From Burkholderiaceae bacterium (GTDB lineage: Bacteria > Pseudomonadota > Gammaproteobacteria > Burkholderiales > Burkholderiaceae_F), in assembly GCA_036270555.1 (NCBI GenBank), contig DATBCI010000046.1:1-45790 (forward strand): 45,790 nt of DNA, written 5' to 3'. Both the position numbers and the translations under genes were made by a program. The number at the start of each line of letters is the position of its first letter. Position 1 is the stretch's first letter. Of this stretch, positions 9,229-22,095 are shown in pieces. The notes beneath the pieces are model-generated. The model saw only the letters and a list, made by a program, of their open reading frames with translations, was not told where the DNA came from and ran no database searches.

Positions 9229-10410
9229 CTAGCGCATCTGTTCATCGAGCTGTTTGATGATGCGGTCGCCCGCGGAAGTGGCCGCGGGCTGTCCGTCCTT
9301 ATCCTGGACGCGCACGGTGGTGCGGTCGCCGTCGGTGAGCAACGCGACCCGGAATTGCTGTGCCTCGACCTTAGGGTCCGATTCGAATACCCGCGCGAAA
9401 AACCCGCGCGCTTCTTTTTGTTTCGCCTGGTAGTCGGGGTCCAGGTAGCGCACGAAGTACAGCCCCTTGGTGCGGTCCCGATCCTCGACCGTAAAGCCGC
9501 CCCGATCCAGCGCCAGCCCGACGCGCCGCCAGGCGCGATCGAAGGGCTCGTCGACCTCCAGATGCGACTCGGAGCCGTCCTTGACCACGTGCGAGACGCC
9601 CGCCAGCGCGGTGGCTGCCGCCGCGACGCCAGTTGCCTTGTCGCCGCCCTTGGCCACCGGCGCAGCCTCACCGGTCTCGAACCGAACCAGCAGGCGCTGC
9701 AGCATCTCGGCTTCGAGCTCGGGGTCGCGCGCCCGCGGCTGCCACGTGCTCGCAACCTTGTCCTTGTCCGTATAGACCTCTTCCAGGCCTCGGTGCGTGA
9801 TGAAGATTTCAGAGGTGTCCGTGGGAGTGCGTTCGATGCGCGTCCGGTACAGGTCTTTGGTGCCGGTGGAGTTGACCGTCGACAGAACCATGTTCAACAA
9901 ATGTCGGATCACGCCGTCATCGACCTTTTCGCTCTTCTCCTGCCAGTCGGTCTCGACGATTCCGAGGGTGGGTTCGTCGAGCGCCACCTTCCAGCCTTGC
10001 GTCGGCCAGAAATCCTTCACCACTTGATAGGCCTTTTCCGGCGGCAGGTCCACCGCCAGCCAACGCTGCGCGCCATCGCGCACGAGGCGCGCATGTGAGC
10101 TGCTCAAGGCGACCGTTTGGGTGGTTGACGAGGTGCCTCCCGCCGAACGCAACGCATTGGCCGACACCCCTTGATCGGGAAGAGCGTACCGATCGTCCTT
10201 CGAAAGCGGCGCCAGGTCCGGAGGAACCTCCAATGGCCCCTGGTGCGTCGCCGTGGCTCCGTAGCCACCGGGATCGGACGATGGCTTCGACCCGAACAGC
10301 CCGCAGCCGCTCAGCGCGAGCGCCAGCAGGCAGGCAAACCACGTGGCCCTACGGCGCCGGGAGGCGACGAGCCGCCCAGGCATTTGAATCGCATGTTGCA
10401 ACCCGCTCAT
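9229..10410 (-). CDS. bamC: Outer membrane protein assembly factor BamC (NlpB-type lipoprotein)
   Basis: Lipobox LALALSGC after a positively charged N-terminus. It sits directly downstream of dapA, as in other proteobacteria. The 441-aa ORF was trimmed to the ATG at 10410 (MSGLQHAIQMPGRLV); upstream sequence belongs to dapA. Confidence 0.82.
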   Translation of the reverse strand: MSGLQHAIQMPGRLVASRRRRATWFACLLALALSGCGLFGSKPSSDPGGYGATATHQGPLEVPPDLAPLSKDDRYALPDQGVSANALRSAGGTSSTTQTVALSSSHARLVRDGAQRWLAVDLPPEKAYQVVKDFWPTQGWKVALDEPTLGIVETDWQEKSEKVDDGVIRHLLNMVLSTVNSTGTKDLYRTRIERTPTDTSEIFITHRGLEEVYTDKDKVASTWQPRARDPELEAEMLQRLLVRFETGEAAPVAKGGDKATGVAAAATALAGVSHVVKDGSESHLEVDEPFDRAWRRVGLALDRGGFTVEDRDRTKGLYFVRYLDPDYQAKQKEARGFFARVFESDPKVEAQQFRVALLTDGDRTTVRVQDKDGQPAATSAGDRIIKQLDEQMR

Positions 10411-10436
10411 CCTCGACCGACCTCGCTCCCCGGATC

Positions 10437-11327
10437 TCACCCCAGCACAACCTCGTCCAGCGCGGCCTGGACCGTATCGCGGCCCGAGGGCGACAGCGCA
10501 ACCAGAGGCAGCCGGATTCCACCCTCGATCTTGCCCATTCGCTGCAAAGCCCATTTGACCGGGATCGGGTTGGGTTCGACGAAAAGGCCGGTATGCAGCG
10601 GCATCAGGCGCGCGTTCAACGCCCGGGCCTTGGGCAGCTCAGACGACAACGCGGCATCACACATCTGCCTCATCAGCTTGGGGGCGACGTTGGCGGTGAC
10701 CGAGATGACCCCCTGTCCTCCCAGCAGCATGAGCGCAAGCGCCGAGTCGTCGTTGCCACTGTACAAGGCGAAATCGGACGGCAGGCGGCGCAGAAGCTGC
10801 CCGGCCCTGGCCAGGTCTCCCGTTGCATCCTTCAAGCCCACGATGCCGGGCACCCGCGCCAGACGCAGCGTCGTTTCGACGCTCAGATCCGCAACCGTAC
10901 GCGCAGGAACGTTGTACAGGATCATCGGCAACTCGACCGCCTCGGCCACTGCCACGAAATGCCGGTACTGCCCTTCCTGGTTCGGTTTGTTGTAGTACGG
11001 AACCACCTGCAGCGTCGCATTGGCGCCGACCTCTCGCGCCCGCGCCGTCAGCTCGATGGCCTCGCGCGTCGAATTGGCTCCGGTGCCGGCCACCACCGGT
11101 ACCCGGCCGCGCGCCGCCTGTACTGCAGTGCGTATCAGCTCGACGTGCTCGTGGGGGTCGACCGTGGGCGACTCGCCGGTCGTACCCACGACCACGATCG
11201 CCTGGGTACCCTCGCCGACGTGCCAGTCGACGAGGCGACGCAGCGCCTCCAGATCGAGCGACCCATCTTCGTGCATCGGCGAAACGATGGCTACCAGACT
11301 GCCCTTGATCATGGTTGGCCGCACCAT
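10437..11327 (-). CDS. dapA: 4-hydroxy-tetrahydrodipicolinate synthase
   Basis: [24 protein letters not shown], and the active-site Lys context GLKDATGD. An alternative ATG at 11312 (MIKGSLV) is equally plausible. Confidence 0.95.
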   Translation of the reverse strand: MVRPTMIKGSLVAIVSPMHEDGSLDLEALRRLVDWHVGEGTQAIVVVGTTGESPTVDPHEHVELIRTAVQAARGRVPVVAGTGANSTREAIELTARAREVGANATLQVVPYYNKPNQEGQYRHFVAVAEAVELPMILYNVPARTVADLSVETTLRLARVPGIVGLKDATGDLARAGQLLRRLPSDFALYSGNDDSALALMLLGGQGVISVTANVAPKLMRQMCDAALSSELPKARALNARLMPLHTGLFVEPNPIPVKWALQRMGKIEGGIRLPLVALSPSGRDTVQAALDEVVLG

Positions 11328-11354
11328 TCGAAGGCTCGGAATTTTACACGTGCC

Positions 11355-11924
11355 TCATCGCGGGTCGGCCAGCAGCAAGCGGTCCACCCGCGCGGCTTGC
11401 GTCCTGACTGCGCACAGCCGTTGGACTCGGGCCGGGGTCGGTCGTTCGCGCACCCCGTCCTCGAATGCCAGCACGTGCAGCTTCGGTGCGAAACAGGCCG
11501 CCAGTTCGAACGGGGCCAGCAGGAACGCCGGATTGCTCGGCCGGCCAAACTGCTCATTGCCGGTCGCGAACGTCTCGTAAACCAGAATGCCGCCCTCGCG
11601 CAAAGCTTCTGCGAGCAGGGGCAGCCTCGGCCGATACAGGTAGTTGGCGACCACGATCGCGTCGTAGTGCTGTCCCTCGAACGGCCACGGGGCGTTTTCC
11701 AGATCCAGCGCGCGGAACCGAACGCCGGCCATCCCGGCTAAAGCGGTCCCACAGGAGGCGTCGATGTCGACCGCGTTCACCCGATGACCGAGCGCGGCGA
11801 GCGCACGACTGTGGCGACCCGATCCGCACGCCACATCGAGCACGTCGGATCCGGGCGCCAGCCGCGCGCACCAGCGCAGAATCCATTCCGAGGGTGGACG
11901 AGCATCGTCTTCCGAAGCGCGCAC
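11355..11924 (-). CDS. Class I SAM-dependent methyltransferase
   Basis: Motif I VLDVACGSGRHS followed by VNAVDID. The 246-aa ORF overlaps trpS, so it was trimmed to the in-frame GTG at 11924 (VRASEDDARPPSEWILRW), preceded by cagagggg. The start is uncertain. Confidence 0.78.
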   Translation of the reverse strand: MRASEDDARPPSEWILRWCARLAPGSDVLDVACGSGRHSRALAALGHRVNAVDIDASCGTALAGMAGVRFRALDLENAPWPFEGQHYDAIVVANYLYRPRLPLLAEALREGGILVYETFATGNEQFGRPSNPAFLLAPFELAACFAPKLHVLAFEDGVRERPTPARVQRLCAVRTQAARVDRLLLADPR

Positions 11925-11964
11925 GCCCCTCTGCCCAAGCCAATGTGAATGAGGGGGGAAAGTC

Positions 11965-13167
11965 TCAGGTGTAGGCAAGACCCATCGCCTCGCGTACGTC
12001 GCGCATCGTCTCCTGGGCCACAGCGCGTGCTCGGTCGCAGCCATCGGCCACGATCGACCGCAACAGCGACGGATCGTCCAGGTACGGCTGGGCACGCTGT
12101 CGCCAAGGCTCCTGCTCGGCCAGCATCGCGTCGATCACGGGCTGCTTGCAATCGAGGCAGCCGATGCCCGCCGTGCGGCAACCCTTCTGGACCCATTCCT
12201 GCGTGCTCTGGTTCGAGTACACCAGGTGCAGCTGCCACACCGGACAGCGTTCGGGCTCGCCGGGATCCGTGCGTCGCACGCGGGCCGGATCGGTCACCAT
12301 CCGGCGGATCTTGTCGGTCAGGACCTTGGGCTCTTCCCGCATCGACACGTCGTTGCCGTAGCTCTTGGACATCTTCTGCCCATCGGTTCCGGGAAGGCGG
12401 GGCGAGGTGGTCAAAACGGCCTCCGGCTCCACCAGGATCACGCGGCGCGTGCCCTCCAGGTACCCGAACATCCGCTCGCGGTCTCCCAGCGAGAGGTTTT
12501 GCGACTCTGCCAGCAGGGCCCGGCCCTGCTCCAAGGCTTCCTCGTCACCGTGCTCCTGGTAGCGCGCGCGCAGTTCCAAATAGCGCTTGCTGCGCCGGAC
12601 GCCCAGCTTCTTGACCGCCGCCAGCGCCTTTTCCTCGAAGCCCGGCTCGCGCCCGAACAGGTGATTGAACCGGCGCGCGATCTCGCGCGTCATTTCGATG
12701 TGAGGCACCTGATCGTCGCCGACCGGAACCAGGTTGGAGCGGTAGATCAGAATGTCGGCTGCCTGCATCAACGGGTAACCGAGGAATCCATAAGTCGAAA
12801 GATCGCGGTCGCGCAGCCGCTCGATCTGGTCCTTGTAGGTCGGAACCCGTTCCAGCCAGCCCAGCGGCGTGGCCATCGCAAGCAGCAGGAACAGCTCGGC
12901 ATGCTCCGGAACGCGCGACTGCATGAAGACGGTGGCCTTGGCCGGATCGATGCCGGCAGCGAACCAGTCGATCAGCATCTCCCACACGCTGGCCGACAGC
13001 ACTTCCGTGGACTCGTAGTGGGTCGTCAGCGCATGCCAATCGGCCACGAAGAAGAAGCACGGATGCTCGTCCTGCAGGCGGATCCAGTTCTTCAGTGCGC
13101 CGTGATAGTGGCCGATGTGCATGGCGCCGGTCGGGCGCATGCCCGAAAGGACGCGGTCAGCGTACAT
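11965..13167 (-). CDS. trpS: Tryptophan--tRNA ligase, 400-aa long form
   Basis: HIGH (GAMHIGHYHG) and KMSKS signatures. About 65 aa are inserted between RFNHLFG and ILVEPEAV relative to the 334-aa E. coli enzyme. Four C-terminal Cys residues are present (C308, C330, C337, C340). Confidence 0.96.
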   Translation of the reverse strand: MYADRVLSGMRPTGAMHIGHYHGALKNWIRLQDEHPCFFFVADWHALTTHYESTEVLSASVWEMLIDWFAAGIDPAKATVFMQSRVPEHAELFLLLAMATPLGWLERVPTYKDQIERLRDRDLSTYGFLGYPLMQAADILIYRSNLVPVGDDQVPHIEMTREIARRFNHLFGREPGFEEKALAAVKKLGVRRSKRYLELRARYQEHGDEEALEQGRALLAESQNLSLGDRERMFGYLEGTRRVILVEPEAVLTTSPRLPGTDGQKMSKSYGNDVSMREEPKVLTDKIRRMVTDPARVRRTDPGEPERCPVWQLHLVYSNQSTQEWVQKGCRTAGIGCLDCKQPVIDAMLAEQEPWRQRAQPYLDDPSLLRSIVADGCDRARAVAQETMRDVREAMGLAYT

Positions 13168-13274
13168 CGGATCGCGCGGCCGGCGCGAGGCGCAACACGG
13201 CCGTAATCACCCTATTCAGCGATTGTCCCATGCCAGTGGACGGAAAGGCCGTCCTGCCTCCCGAGCACAGTCTA

Positions 13275-13925
13275 TCAGTCGGGCTGTAAACCAAAGGCGG
13301 CCTGCAAACCCAAGGCGCCGGCGTCGCCGCTGCCCTGTCGCACGACCACGGGCGAAGGGCCGGTCAGATCGACCACCGTGGTCGGCTGCAGCCCGCAGCT
13401 GCCCGAGTCGATGACCAGATCGAGCTCGTGCTGAAGGCGGGTTCGGATGTCGCTCGCCTCCGTCATCGGGACCAGGTCACCGGGCAACTGCAGTGTCGTG
13501 GCGATCAGCGGCTGCGCCAATTGTGCCAACAGGCCGAGCGCCACCGCATGATCGGGCACGCGGATTCCGATCGTCTTGCGCGAAGGGTGCGACAGCCGGC
13601 GCGGCACCTCGCGCGTCGCTTGCAGAATAAACGTGAATGGTCCAGGAGTCGCTTGCCGCAACATCCGGTACATCGTGTTGTCCACCTGGGCGTAGGTCGC
13701 GATTTCGGACAGGTCGCGGCACATCAACGTCATCAGGTGCCGATCGTCGAGTCGGCGCAGCTGGCGGATCCTGTCCACGGCCTGCTTGTCATCCAGATGG
13801 CAGGCCAATGCGTAGCTGGAATCGGTCGGGATGGCTCCGATTCCACCGCTGTCCAGAATCAGCGCGGCCTGCTTAAGCAATCGCACCTGGGGGTTGCGCG
13901 GGTGGATCGAAAACAGCTGAGCCAT
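13275..13925 (-). CDS. yciO: YrdC/Sua5-fold protein, YciO family
   Basis: Collinear with E. coli YciO, recalled from memory: HPRNPQ.RL, PTDSSYALAC, LMCRDLSE, FTFIL.ATREVPRRL, KTIGIRVP, PTTVVDLT, VVVRQG. Confidence 0.88.
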   Translation of the reverse strand: MAQLFSIHPRNPQVRLLKQAALILDSGGIGAIPTDSSYALACHLDDKQAVDRIRQLRRLDDRHLMTLMCRDLSEIATYAQVDNTMYRMLRQATPGPFTFILQATREVPRRLSHPSRKTIGIRVPDHAVALGLLAQLAQPLIATTLQLPGDLVPMTEASDIRTRLQHELDLVIDSGSCGLQPTTVVDLTGPSPVVVRQGSGDAGALGLQAAFGLQPD

Positions 13926-14004
13926 CTATCGGTGCGCCCTGGACAAGTAACAATGGCCGTTCAACCTGCTTGCGGAGCACGCCGCGAGAGGTGGCAGGCA
14001 AGCT

Positions 14005-14042
14005 TCGTGAGTGTGACTCGTGACTGTGACCCGTGAGTGAGC
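14005..14042. repeat. Imperfect 13-bp tandem repeat, about 3 units, in a divergent promoter region
   Basis: Units are tcgtgagtgtgac (14005-14017), tcgtgactgtgac (14018-14030) and ccgtgagtgagc (14031-14042). GTGA(C/G) recurs every 6-7 bp. Confidence 0.6.
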
Positions 14043-14107
14043 AAGCGGACCCTGGATACAATCCTCCACACGCCGGGAGGCAAACCCGGCGCTGGAGGCT
14101 GCAATCG

Positions 14108-14632
14108 ATGCCAATTTACCAGCTTGGCGACTGGACCCCGCAGATTGATCCAAGCGCGTTCGTCCACGAGACGGCCGTGCTGATCGGGCAGGTCACCGTC
14201 GGCCCCAATGTCAGCGTGTGGCCCTTCGCCACCCTGCGCGGCGACAATGAGCCCATCGTGCTGGGGCCCGACAGCAACTGTCAGGACAGCTGCACGCTGC
14301 ATACCGATCCGGGCTTTGCGCTGACGCTGGGCCGGGGCGTCACCGTGGGTCACCACGTGATGTTGCATGGCTGCACGATCGGCGACGACAGCCTGATCGG
14401 AATCCAGGCCGTGATCCTGAACGGCGCCGTGATCGGACGCAGCTGTCTGATCGGCGCCTGCAGCCTGATCACCGAGGGCAAGCAGATTGCCGACGGCAGC
14501 CTGGTGCTCGGCAGCCCGGGGAAGGTCGTACGCCGCCTGGAACCAGCCGATATCGAGCGATCGCGGGCTGCCGCGCAGACGTATGTGGCACGCGGGCGCC
14601 GCTACCGGGCGGCACTGAAGCGGATCGGGTAG
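14108..14632 (+). CDS. Gamma carbonic anhydrase family / hexapeptide-repeat protein (YrdA/PaaY-like)
   Basis: Left-handed beta-helix hexapeptide repeats (IGQVTVGPNVSVWPFATLRGD, HTD, VTVGHHVMLHGCTIGD). GGAGG lies 9 nt upstream of the ATG at 14108. The 199-aa ORF starts at a GTG inside the tandem repeat and was trimmed. Confidence 0.88.
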   Translation: MPIYQLGDWTPQIDPSAFVHETAVLIGQVTVGPNVSVWPFATLRGDNEPIVLGPDSNCQDSCTLHTDPGFALTLGRGVTVGHHVMLHGCTIGDDSLIGIQAVILNGAVIGRSCLIGACSLITEGKQIADGSLVLGSPGKVVRRLEPADIERSRAAAQTYVARGRRYRAALKRIG

Positions 14633-14639
14633 GCGCACG

Positions 14640-15551
14640 ATGCCGGATCGGCTTTTGAAGTTCCTGTTTCACCAGGCGCCGGTGCGCGGCGAGGTGGTGC
14701 GGTTGAGCCAGTCATGGCAGCGCATGACGGCACTGCACGCCTACCCCGAACCGGTGCTGCGCCTGCTGGGCGAGACCACCGCGGCCGCAACGCTGCTGGC
14801 GGCGACCATCAAATTCGCCGGCAACCTGATTCTGCAGATACATGGCGACGGACCGGTTCAGCTGCTGGTGGTCGAATGCCGGCCGGACCTGGCCTACCGC
14901 GCCACGGCGAAGCTGCGCACCGACGCCCGCATCGAGGTTGACGCGGGCTGGCACGAGCTGGTCAACGCGGGCGGCCAGGGGCGCTGCGCGATCACACTCG
15001 ACCCGGGCAAGAGCCCGGCCGGTCAGCAGCGATACCAGGGAATCGTTCCGCTGCAAGGATCGAGCGTGGCCGAGGCGCTGGAGGCTTACCTCAGGCAGTC
15101 CGAGCAGATCGAGTCGCGCCTTTGGCTGGCAGCCGACGGGCGCGCAGCGACCGGTCTGTTGCTGCAACGCATCGCGCGACCGTCAGCTTCGGGCGCCGAG
15201 CAGGACGAGGACGCGTGGCGCAGGACCACCACCCTGTCCGATACGGTTTCTTCGGCCGAGCTGCTCGAGTCCTCCGCCGAGGAGATGGTCCATCGGCTGT
15301 TCTGGCAGGAGCGCCTCGAGCGCTATGCGCCGGTTACGCCCCGCTTTGCCTGCACCTGCTCGCGCGACCGAACGGGCCGCATGCTGCTCACGCTGGGTCG
15401 CCCTGAAGTCGACTCGATCCTGGCCGAGCAAGGTTTGGTCAGCGTCACCTGCGAGTTCTGTGGCGCGCACTATGCGTTCGATGCGGTCGACGTGGGTCAG
15501 CTGTTTGCCACCGGGTCCAGCGAGGCGACCCGGCCCGACGCCCAGCATTGA
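14640..15551 (+). CDS. hslO: Hsp33 family redox-regulated chaperone
   Basis: N-terminal FLFHQAPVRGEVVRL and the C-terminal zinc centre CTCS...CEFCG (CxC...CxxC). It starts 8 nt after the preceding gene. Confidence 0.93.
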   Translation: MPDRLLKFLFHQAPVRGEVVRLSQSWQRMTALHAYPEPVLRLLGETTAAATLLAATIKFAGNLILQIHGDGPVQLLVVECRPDLAYRATAKLRTDARIEVDAGWHELVNAGGQGRCAITLDPGKSPAGQQRYQGIVPLQGSSVAEALEAYLRQSEQIESRLWLAADGRAATGLLLQRIARPSASGAEQDEDAWRRTTTLSDTVSSAELLESSAEEMVHRLFWQERLERYAPVTPRFACTCSRDRTGRMLLTLGRPEVDSILAEQGLVSVTCEFCGAHYAFDAVDVGQLFATGSSEATRPDAQH

Positions 15552-15604
15552 GTCAGCAGCCGGACCAAACGCCAGACGAGACACAGAAGACGGGAGCCTT
15601 CCGA

Positions 15605-15922
15605 TTACGGGCCTCGAGCAGGTCCGACTCCGGCGCTGGCCGTCGTGGTCTGAGACGGCAGCTGCTGGAAAAAGATCTCGTCGTTGCGCATCAGGTGCAG
15701 GTCCTCGCGCGCGCGTTCCTCGATCGCCTCGCGGCCCTGGTCCAGGCTGCGCAACTCGGCCGAGCGAGCCGCATTGCGGGCATCCAGGACGGCGTTGTCG
15801 GATCGTTGCGACTCTAGCTGGTGCTGCAGATCCCAGACCCGGAACCACCCGCCCCGGCCGAACCACAGCGGCCACTGGATCGCCAGCAGCAGGACTGCCA
15901 GGATCATCGCCAGCCGTCTCAC
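15605..15922 (-). CDS. ftsB: Cell division protein FtsB (septum formation initiator)
   Basis: A single N-terminal TM helix followed by a coiled coil. LLLAIQWPLWFGRGGW is typical of FtsB. GTG start. It lies directly downstream of eno. Confidence 0.86.
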   Translation of the reverse strand: MRRLAMILAVLLLAIQWPLWFGRGGWFRVWDLQHQLESQRSDNAVLDARNAARSAELRSLDQGREAIEERAREDLHLMRNDEIFFQQLPSQTTTASAGVGPARGP

Positions 15923-15928
15923 GGCGAT

Positions 15929-19817
<3,889 letters not shown>

Positions 19818-21134
19818 TCAGACTTCTGATAGGACCGCGCGCAGCTTGCCCGCGATTTCGTCGATGTGGCTGCGCTCGGCCACCAAAGGCGGCGCCAGAA
19901 TCAGCGATTCACCCGTGCTTTTTACGTGAAGCCCGCGGTCATAAAGCCTTTTCTGAATTTCGTGACCGCGGCTGCCCGGGGTGCCCTGTGGCTGCAGCTC
20001 CACCGCAGCCAGCATTCCGAACGACCGGATGTCCGCCACGCACCGCAGATCCGACAGCGCGTGCACCGCGTCGGCAAAATAAGGGCTCATGGCGGCTGCC
20101 CGTTCGATCAGCCGATCCTTGGCGAAGATGTCGATCATCGCCAACCCGGCTGCGCAGGCGGCCGGGTGGGCCGAGTACGTATAGCCGTGGAAAAACTCGA
20201 TACCCCGCTCCGGGCCGGCGTCCGTGATGGCGTCGTAGATCGCCTGGCGCGCCGCCACGGCACCCATCGGCTGGGCGCCGTTGGTCAAGGCCTTGGCCAT
20301 CGTCAGCAGGTCCGGCGTCACGCCGAAAGCCTGTGCCCCGAAGTTGGCCCCCATTCTGCCCCAGCCGCAGATCACCTCGTCGAACACCAGCAGGATCCCG
20401 TTCTGATCGCAGATCTGGCGCAGCCGGTCCAGATAGCCCTTGGGCGGTGGCAGGCACCCGACCGAGCCCGCGGTCGGCTCGACGAATACCGCTGCGATGT
20501 TCTCCGCGCCATACAGTTGGCAGAAACGTTGCAGGTCGTCGGCCAGCTCGGCGCCGTGTTCGGGCTGACCCCGGACCATTCGATTTTCAGGCAACGCGGT
20601 ATGCCGCATGTGATACACAACCGGCAGGCCCGTGCCGAAGGCGCGCCGGTTGTTGACCATGCCCGCCAGGGCCACGCCGCCGATATTCACCCCGTGGTAG
20701 GCGCGCTCCCGCGAAATGAAGATCTGCCGTTGCGCCTGACCCCGCACGCGGTGGTACATCAGCGCCATTTTCATTGCGGTATCAACGGCTTCCGACCCGG
20801 AGTTCACAAAAAACACCCGGTTCAGCGGGGCCGGCGTGTACTCGGCCACGCGGTTGGCCAGCTCGAACGCTTTCGGATGGGCCCGCAGGAACGAGCCGGC
20901 GTAATCGAGCGTCTTGAGCTGGCCATACACGGCTTCCGCAATTTCCGGCCGACAGTGGCCGGCAGCAACGCAGAACAGCCCGGCTGAGGCGTCGATCAGT
21001 GCACGGCCGTCGGGCGTGTACAGGTACATGCCTTCGGCCCGGACAATCATCCGGGGCTCCTTCTTGAATTCCTTGTTCGGGGAAAACGGCATCCAGTACG
21101 GTTCAAGCTCGCCGAGCACGCCGGCCTGAGACAT
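19818..21134 (-). CDS. Class-III PLP aminotransferase (omega-amino acid/beta-alanine--pyruvate type)
   Basis: YWMPFS, NSGSEAVDTAMK, FDEVICGWGRMG, TMAKALTNG (PLP Lys). AAGGAG lies 7 nt upstream of the ATG at 21134. The 659-aa ORF was trimmed. Confidence 0.9.
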   Translation of the reverse strand: MSQAGVLGELEPYWMPFSPNKEFKKEPRMIVRAEGMYLYTPDGRALIDASAGLFCVAAGHCRPEIAEAVYGQLKTLDYAGSFLRAHPKAFELANRVAEYTPAPLNRVFFVNSGSEAVDTAMKMALMYHRVRGQAQRQIFISRERAYHGVNIGGVALAGMVNNRRAFGTGLPVVYHMRHTALPENRMVRGQPEHGAELADDLQRFCQLYGAENIAAVFVEPTAGSVGCLPPPKGYLDRLRQICDQNGILLVFDEVICGWGRMGANFGAQAFGVTPDLLTMAKALTNGAQPMGAVAARQAIYDAITDAGPERGIEFFHGYTYSAHPAACAAGLAMIDIFAKDRLIERAAAMSPYFADAVHALSDLRCVADIRSFGMLAAVELQPQGTPGSRGHEIQKRLYDRGLHVKSTGESLILAPPLVAERSHIDEIAGKLRAVLSEV

Positions 21135-21197
21135 CTGCAAGCTCCTTGTAGATCTCGATGGGTGAAGTGAACCCCGTATTATCCGACGTTCCCGGCC

Positions 21198-22040
21198 GTG
21201 CCAGCGACCAAGACCACCACACGACACGCGGACTCTCGATTGACAGGAAACCCTCGACGGCGGGCGCCGGACCGGTCGAAGCAAAGCGGATCGACTCAGG
21301 ATGTCCCCGTCGCGCGCGCGCTGCCGCGACTGGCGATGGTCGACCTGGCGCGGGGCGTAGCGATCGCGCAGATGATCGGGTACCACTTCATCTACGACCT
21401 GACTTATTTCGGGTGGCTGCATATCCAGATGACGCAGGAAGCGGGCTGGATCGCCTGGCGCAACGCGATCGTGTCGCAGTTCGTGCTGGTCGCGGGCCTG
21501 GGCGTGGGCCTGAGCGATGCCGCCGGACGATCCAGCGCGCGCTTCTGGCGCCGCTGGCTTCAGATCGCGGGCGCCGCGCTCCTGGTGTCGGCCGTCAGCG
21601 CCTGGCTGTTCGGACCGCGACTGATCTGGTTCGGCATCCTGCACTTCGTCGCGGTCGCCCTGCTGCTGGCGCGCCCGCTGGCCGCTCGGGGATCGCTCAG
21701 CCTGGCGTTGGGGGCCGTGCTGCTGGCGCTGGGCCTGACGGTGCACGACGCCCGCTTCGATCCGGCCTGGGTGAGCTGGATCGGCCTGATCGCCCACAAG
21801 CCGGCGACCGAGGATTACGTACCGCTTGTGCCTTGGTTCGGGGTGGTGGCGATCGGCGTCGGGCTGGCCGGGATCTGGCGGCGGCGCGGTTTTGCAGTGC
21901 CGCCGCTGTTGCAGCGGCTGGATTCAGCGCCAGCGCGCGGATTGCAGTGGATGGGCCGGTGGCCGCTGACGATCTACCTGGTGCACCAGCCCATTCTGAT
22001 GGGTGTGCTGTATGCGGTCCGGAGCGCTCTGGCGAGGTGA
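21198..22040 (+). CDS. DUF1624 / heparan-alpha-glucosaminide N-acetyltransferase-like membrane protein
   Basis: RLAMVDLARGVAIAQMIGYHFIYDLTYFG is the family N-terminal signature, followed by several TM helices. The start is uncertain: GTG 21198, TTG 21240 or ATG 21336. Confidence 0.75.
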   Translation: MPATKTTTRHADSRLTGNPRRRAPDRSKQSGSTQDVPVARALPRLAMVDLARGVAIAQMIGYHFIYDLTYFGWLHIQMTQEAGWIAWRNAIVSQFVLVAGLGVGLSDAAGRSSARFWRRWLQIAGAALLVSAVSAWLFGPRLIWFGILHFVAVALLLARPLAARGSLSLALGAVLLALGLTVHDARFDPAWVSWIGLIAHKPATEDYVPLVPWFGVVAIGVGLAGIWRRRGFAVPPLLQRLDSAPARGLQWMGRWPLTIYLVHQPILMGVLYAVRSALAR

Positions 22041-22095
22041 CGCCCGCACGCTTGCGAAGGCGCGCGCCGGGCCACCGTAAACGTGTGCGCGACGG

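Noticed and set aside
9216-9235. The small palindrome gcgcta...tagcgc, with inner agccggct, spanning the bamC stop codon and the MBL hydrolase start region.
   Set aside because: It is short, overlaps coding ends and lacks a U-run. It is most likely incidental.
13168-13274. A possible regulatory leader (T-box or attenuator) upstream of trpS.
   Set aside because: There is only a weak 6-bp hairpin (ggacgg/ccgtcc). I see no specifier or antiterminator architecture and no Trp-codon leader peptide. The region is more simply the yciO 3' flank plus the trpS promoter.
14005-14042. Whether this tandem repeat, or the one at 27541-27583, could be a CRISPR fragment.
   Set aside because: The units are 13-15 bp and directly abutting with no spacers, and there are only about 3 copies. 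No cas genes or leader are present.
19818-21797. Long N-terminal extensions in the ORF track: 659 aa for the aminotransferase, and likewise 1317-3767, 6327-7931, 23130-23942, 25006-27144, 34853-36193 and 40160-41089.
   Set aside because: The extensions are low-complexity, run into or across neighbouring genes, and precede internal starts that match the family N-termini. These starts often have an RBS or an ATGA overlap. The genes were trimmed accordingly.
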